Below, one piece after another: positions 60,365-64,000 of a DNA stretch of 64,000 bases (its first letter is position 1; each line of letters begins with the position of its first letter). A program made the translations under genes and the position numbers. The stretch covers positions 1-64,000 of the forward strand of contig JAJEBF010000033.1 of the NCBI GenBank assembly GCA_022824025.1, in the 5' to 3' direction. The DNA is from Caldilineaceae bacterium. Lineage in GTDB: Bacteria > Chloroflexota > Anaerolineae > Caldilineales > Caldilineaceae. The notes beneath the pieces are model-generated. The model saw only the letters and a list, made by a program, of their open reading frames with translations, made no database searches and was not told where the DNA came from.

Positions 60365-60877
60365 ATGACTACCTTTGCCGAATCCAAGAGAATGCCCGGC
60401 AGCGAGTGGTTGAAGGACCGACCGCGCCTGTTGGAGGCAGTCTACCGGGGATCGGAGGCGGGCTTGCGGCTGCTTTACCCGGTGTTGAGACGGGTACTGC
60501 CGGCAGGGTGGACGGAGCGCGTCTTCGTGTGGACCGAAGAGGTATCGAAGGGGTACCTGTTCAACTGTCAGATGTGCGGGCAGTGTATTCTTCACAGCAC
60601 GGGCATGACGTGCCCGATGAACTGCCCGAAGAATCTGCGCAACGGGCCGTGCGGGGGCGTGCGCCAGAACGGGAATTGCGAGGTGATCCCGGATATGCCG
60701 TGCGTTTGGGTACAGGCGTGGCGACGGGATGCGCAGATGGAGAGGTACAGCGGCGAGATCCTGCTGTTGCAGCGGCCGGTGAACCGGGCGTTACAGGACA
60801 GCAGCGCGTGGCTGAACCTGCTGGAGGGGGTTGACGCGCAAGGGCCGCCCGGCTGGTCTGCGATCGAGTTGGAGTAG
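60365..60877 (+). CDS. metV: MetV-like Cys-rich small subunit (MTHFR C-terminal-domain family) preceding metF
   Basis: CQMCGQCILHSTGMTCPMNCPKNLRNGPCGG. Confidence 0.6.
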   Translation: MTTFAESKRMPGSEWLKDRPRLLEAVYRGSEAGLRLLYPVLRRVLPAGWTERVFVWTEEVSKGYLFNCQMCGQCILHSTGMTCPMNCPKNLRNGPCGGVRQNGNCEVIPDMPCVWVQAWRRDAQMERYSGEILLLQRPVNRALQDSSAWLNLLEGVDAQGPPGWSAIELE

Positions 60878-60976
60878 GTCTGTTCCTCAGGGTCCGGCTA
60901 GCAAGTTTTCTGGCGGCGCGAGACCCGATTCATCGTCCTCAAACTCAAAAAACGCCCACACTTTATTGCTCTGCAC

Positions 60977-61948
60977 ATGGGGAATTCAGACCGGACGCCG
61001 GAAGCCAGTCAAGGGGATTCGCGGAGCGGCGAATCCCGACTGCGCCGGGTGTTGGAGGCCGGCCAGTTTGCGGTAACGGCGGAGTTGAGCACGCCGGACT
61101 CAGCTGACCCGCAGGATGTATTCGCGAACGCGGCGAAGTTGGGAGGCGTGTGCGACGGCATCAATGCGACGGACGGGTCGGGCGCGAACTGCCACATGAG
61201 CAGTGTGGCCTGCTGCGCGCTGATGGCGCGGGCTGGCTATGAGCCGGTCCTGCAAATCAGTTGCCGGGACCGCAACCGGATCGCGATACAGGGGGATCTG
61301 CTGGGTGCGGCTGCGCTGGGCGTACGCAATGTGCTGTGCCTGACGGGCGACGACGTGAGCGCGGGCGATCAGCCGGAGGCGCGGCGCGTTTTCGACTTTG
61401 ATGCGCTGCAGTTGCTGCGCACGGCGGAGATCATGCGGGACCGGGGCGTGTTGCTGAGCGGGCGCAAGTTGACGACGCCGCCGGCGTACTTTCTTGGCGC
61501 GGCGGCGAACCCGTTCGTGCCGCCGCGCGATCTGCGGCATCTGCGGTTGGCGAAGAAGATCGAGGCGGGCGCGCAGTTTATCCAAACACAGTACTGTTTC
61601 GATGTGCCGGTCTTGGAGGCGTTTATGCGCAGAGCGCGCGACATGGGCCTGCACGGGAATGTCCACCTGCTGGTTGGGGTGGGTCCGCTGCGTTCTGAGC
61701 GGGCGGCGGAGTTCATGCGCCGCCGGGTGCCGGGGGTGCATATTCCCGATGCGATCGTGGAGAGGTTGGCGAAGACCCCGCGGAAGAGCAAGCGTGAGGA
61801 GGGAATCCGCATCTGCGTGGAGATTATTGAGCAGGTGAAGCAGATCGAGGGTGTGCGCGGCGTCCATATTATGGCGTACCGGCAGGAGGAGACGGTGCCT
61901 GAGATCGTGGAGCGGGCGGGGCTTCTGCGGGAGAAGCCGACGGTGTAA
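60977..61948 (+). CDS. metF: 5,10-methylenetetrahydrofolate reductase
   Basis: FAVTAELSTP, GVRNVLCLTGDD and QFIQTQYCFD are MTHFR motifs. Confidence 0.85.
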   Translation: MGNSDRTPEASQGDSRSGESRLRRVLEAGQFAVTAELSTPDSADPQDVFANAAKLGGVCDGINATDGSGANCHMSSVACCALMARAGYEPVLQISCRDRNRIAIQGDLLGAAALGVRNVLCLTGDDVSAGDQPEARRVFDFDALQLLRTAEIMRDRGVLLSGRKLTTPPAYFLGAAANPFVPPRDLRHLRLAKKIEAGAQFIQTQYCFDVPVLEAFMRRARDMGLHGNVHLLVGVGPLRSERAAEFMRRRVPGVHIPDAIVERLAKTPRKSKREEGIRICVEIIEQVKQIEGVRGVHIMAYRQEETVPEIVERAGLLREKPTV

Positions 61949-62087
61949 ATCGGCTCTGCCATTTGAACGTTTCCGGCTGGCTCGCGCTCTGGGCAACCAT
62001 CGTCTTCTTCAACCAGGGGACTCCATTGGGCGCGGTTTGCTCACTGGTTGCCTGACACCAGCTTCCTGTTTCAGCGGGATTGACACA

Positions 62088-63050
62088 ATGAAGCGTATCG
62101 GAATCGAGTTCCCGAGACTGGGCATAGCAAGAATGGTCGACTTGCCCGCCCCCCCCAAACCCGGCCCCACTGAGATAGTGACGAGGACCCTGTTCTCCGG
62201 CGTCACAAACGGAACCGAACGCCACAGGCTGATGGCCGATTTCGTTAGCTATTTCCCGATCCGGTATGGCTACCAGCATGTGAGCGTCATCGAGGAAGCG
62301 GGTCGTCGGGTCGACCAGTTCTCAGTGGGAGAGACGGTGTTTTTGGGCGTTCAGGGCGGCCACCGGGGCTGGCACCTTGTCGACCTTGCCGCGGCCAACG
62401 AAAGTGACCGTCTCTGCATCCGACTGCCGCCCGAAATCGAGCATGAGTTTTGCGCGCTCTTCGGTATCGCGGGCGTAGGATTCCGGCATTCGAGGCGTAT
62501 CCGCGTCGCCGCGCCGATGCGCGTGTGGGTTGCCGGCCTAGGGCTGATCGGTCAGTCGGCGGCGCAGGCCGCGCGGGCGCTCGGCGCCCATGTCACAGTC
62601 ACAGACTTTGACCCGCGCCGCCTTGATGTTTCCGGCCGGCTCGGCGCACATCGAGTAATCGACTTCAACGAGGATACCGCCATCGAGTCTCTCACTGAGG
62701 GCGGGCCCTATGACCGCATCGTTGACGCCTGCGGAGCGCCGGACCTCTTCGACTTCATAAATGAGCACGGGTTGCTTGCGCCTTACGGGGTGATCGGCGC
62801 GCTCGCCGGCCGCCAGCCAACAGTCTTTCATCAGACGATGCTGCACGCATTGCGCGCGTCGATCGAGTCATCGTCCCACTTTACGTTGGAAGATTTGGAG
62901 ATTCTGCTCCACTTCTACCAACTGGGGACAGTTCGGATCGAGCCTATGGTGACACATCGGGTTCCGGTTGAGGAGGCGCCCGCCGTCTACGCCGCCCTGC
63001 GCGACGATCCTGCTGAGCTTCTTGGAGTTATCTTCGACTGGGGAAGTTAA
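62088..63050 (+). CDS. Medium-chain dehydrogenase/reductase-like (zinc-type alcohol dehydrogenase fold) protein
   Basis: Nucleotide-binding WVAGLGLIGQSAA. The N-terminal GroES-like part is divergent and the start is uncertain. Confidence 0.55.
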   Translation: MKRIGIEFPRLGIARMVDLPAPPKPGPTEIVTRTLFSGVTNGTERHRLMADFVSYFPIRYGYQHVSVIEEAGRRVDQFSVGETVFLGVQGGHRGWHLVDLAAANESDRLCIRLPPEIEHEFCALFGIAGVGFRHSRRIRVAAPMRVWVAGLGLIGQSAAQAARALGAHVTVTDFDPRRLDVSGRLGAHRVIDFNEDTAIESLTEGGPYDRIVDACGAPDLFDFINEHGLLAPYGVIGALAGRQPTVFHQTMLHALRASIESSSHFTLEDLEILLHFYQLGTVRIEPMVTHRVPVEEAPAVYAALRDDPAELLGVIFDWGS

Positions 63051-63148
63051 GCGGGGCTTGCTCCACCTGCGCCGCACCAGCACTTGTTGACGTCTGGTTC
63101 GCAGAACGCGAGACAGTCTCCGGCGCAAGCCTCATTCAAGTCATACCC

Positions 63149-64000
63149 CTACTTGTTCGGCAGTACAAAGTAGAAGCGGGCTCCGCCTTCGGCGCGGTTT
63201 TCGACGCCGATGACGCCGTCGTGGGCTTCAACGACGGCTTTGGCGATGGTGAGGCCGAGGCCGGAGCCTCCGCCGCTGGCGCGGCTGCGGGAGGGTTCGA
63301 CGCGGTAGAACTGTTCGAAGACTTTGGCGAGGCTTTCTTCGGGGATGCCTGGTCCGGAGTCAAAGACGTCGACGCGCACGCCGCCGGCGACGGCTTGCGC
63401 GCTGACGGCGACGGAGCCGCCCAGAGGCGTGTGGCGTATGGCATTGCCAATGAGGTTGGTGAGGACGCGGCCGACGAGTCCGGCATCGAGCATGACAGGG
63501 TCGACGCGCGGGTCAGCGCTGCCAGAGAGGCCGATGCCCAGTTCCCCGGCGCGGACGGCAAAGCTCTCCAGCGTATCGGAGATCAGGTCGGCGAGGGAAA
63601 TGGGGTGTTTGTCGAGCTGGAGGCCCCCTGCTTCGATTTCGGCCATTTCGAAGAGCTCGTCGATGAGGACGGAGAGGGCGGCGGCATCGCGCTGGATCGT
63701 GCGGAGGTAGCGCTGCGTCTCGTTGGGGTCGGTGATATAGCCGTCGGTGAGGGCTTCTACAAGGGCCTGAATCGAGGCGAGGGGGGTGCGGAGATCATGG
63801 CCGATCCAGGCGAGGAGGTTGCGGCGAAGTTGCTCGGTTTCACGGTGGCGTGTTTCGGCTGCTTCTAGACGGGCAGCCATCATGTTGAAGGTGGTTCCCA
63901 AGCGCGCCAGTTCATCTTTGCCGACTACCTCGACGCGCACATTGCGACGGCCCTCGGCGATGGCGGCTGCGGCCCGCCCGACCCACTGGATCTTTTCAGT
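63149..64000 (-). CDS. Sensor histidine kinase (HAMP-HisKA-HATPase_c); C-terminal part only, 5' end beyond the window
   Basis: H-box AWIGHDLRTPL. G-boxes DSGPGIPEE and GGSGLGLTIAK. Confidence 0.75.
   Translation of the reverse strand, partial: TEKIQWVGRAAAAIAEGRRNVRVEVVGKDELARLGTTFNMMAARLEAAETRHRETEQLRRNLLAWIGHDLRTPLASIQALVEALTDGYITDPNETQRYLRTIQRDAAALSVLIDELFEMAEIEAGGLQLDKHPISLADLISDTLESFAVRAGELGIGLSGSADPRVDPVMLDAGLVGRVLTNLIGNAIRHTPLGGSVAVSAQAVAGGVRVDVFDSGPGIPEESLAKVFEQFYRVEPSRSRASGGGSGLGLTIAKAVVEAHDGVIGVENRAEGGARFYFVLPNK

Overview
This is a 64 kb, high-GC bacterial chromosomal segment with about 65 protein-coding genes on both strands. There is no rRNA and no CRISPR array. By inference, the gene content and style (GroEL paralogue, archaeal-type ThrC, MetV/MetF-type MTHFR, Ycf48-like propeller, frequent GTG/TTG starts and weak Shine-Dalgarno (SD) sites) look like a Chloroflexota-like organism.

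The window holds two tRNAs (Val-CAC, Glu-CTC). It also holds an IS5-family insertion sequence with a -1 frameshift site, next to the 5' end of an IS630-type transposase gene. There are three small toxin-antitoxin-like loci, and each shows a lesion on the toxin side. A roughly 2 kb degraded, lower-GC segment follows tRNA-Glu directly. A second small lower-GC insertion splits a putative amino-sugar-acid catabolic locus.

Other content: an L21-L27-L31-tdk block, with L21 carrying a long acidic repeat tail; an acyl-CoA ligase/dehydrogenase/CoA-transferase/hydratase cluster whose upstream regions share a small palindromic motif; two sugar ABC importers and one ABC-2 exporter; smpB followed by an RmtB/ArmA-like 16S rRNA methyltransferase homologue; and a tight thrC / GroEL-like / beta-propeller operon.

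All calls come from reading the sequence and the six-frame translations. Family assignments are from recalled motifs, not database searches.
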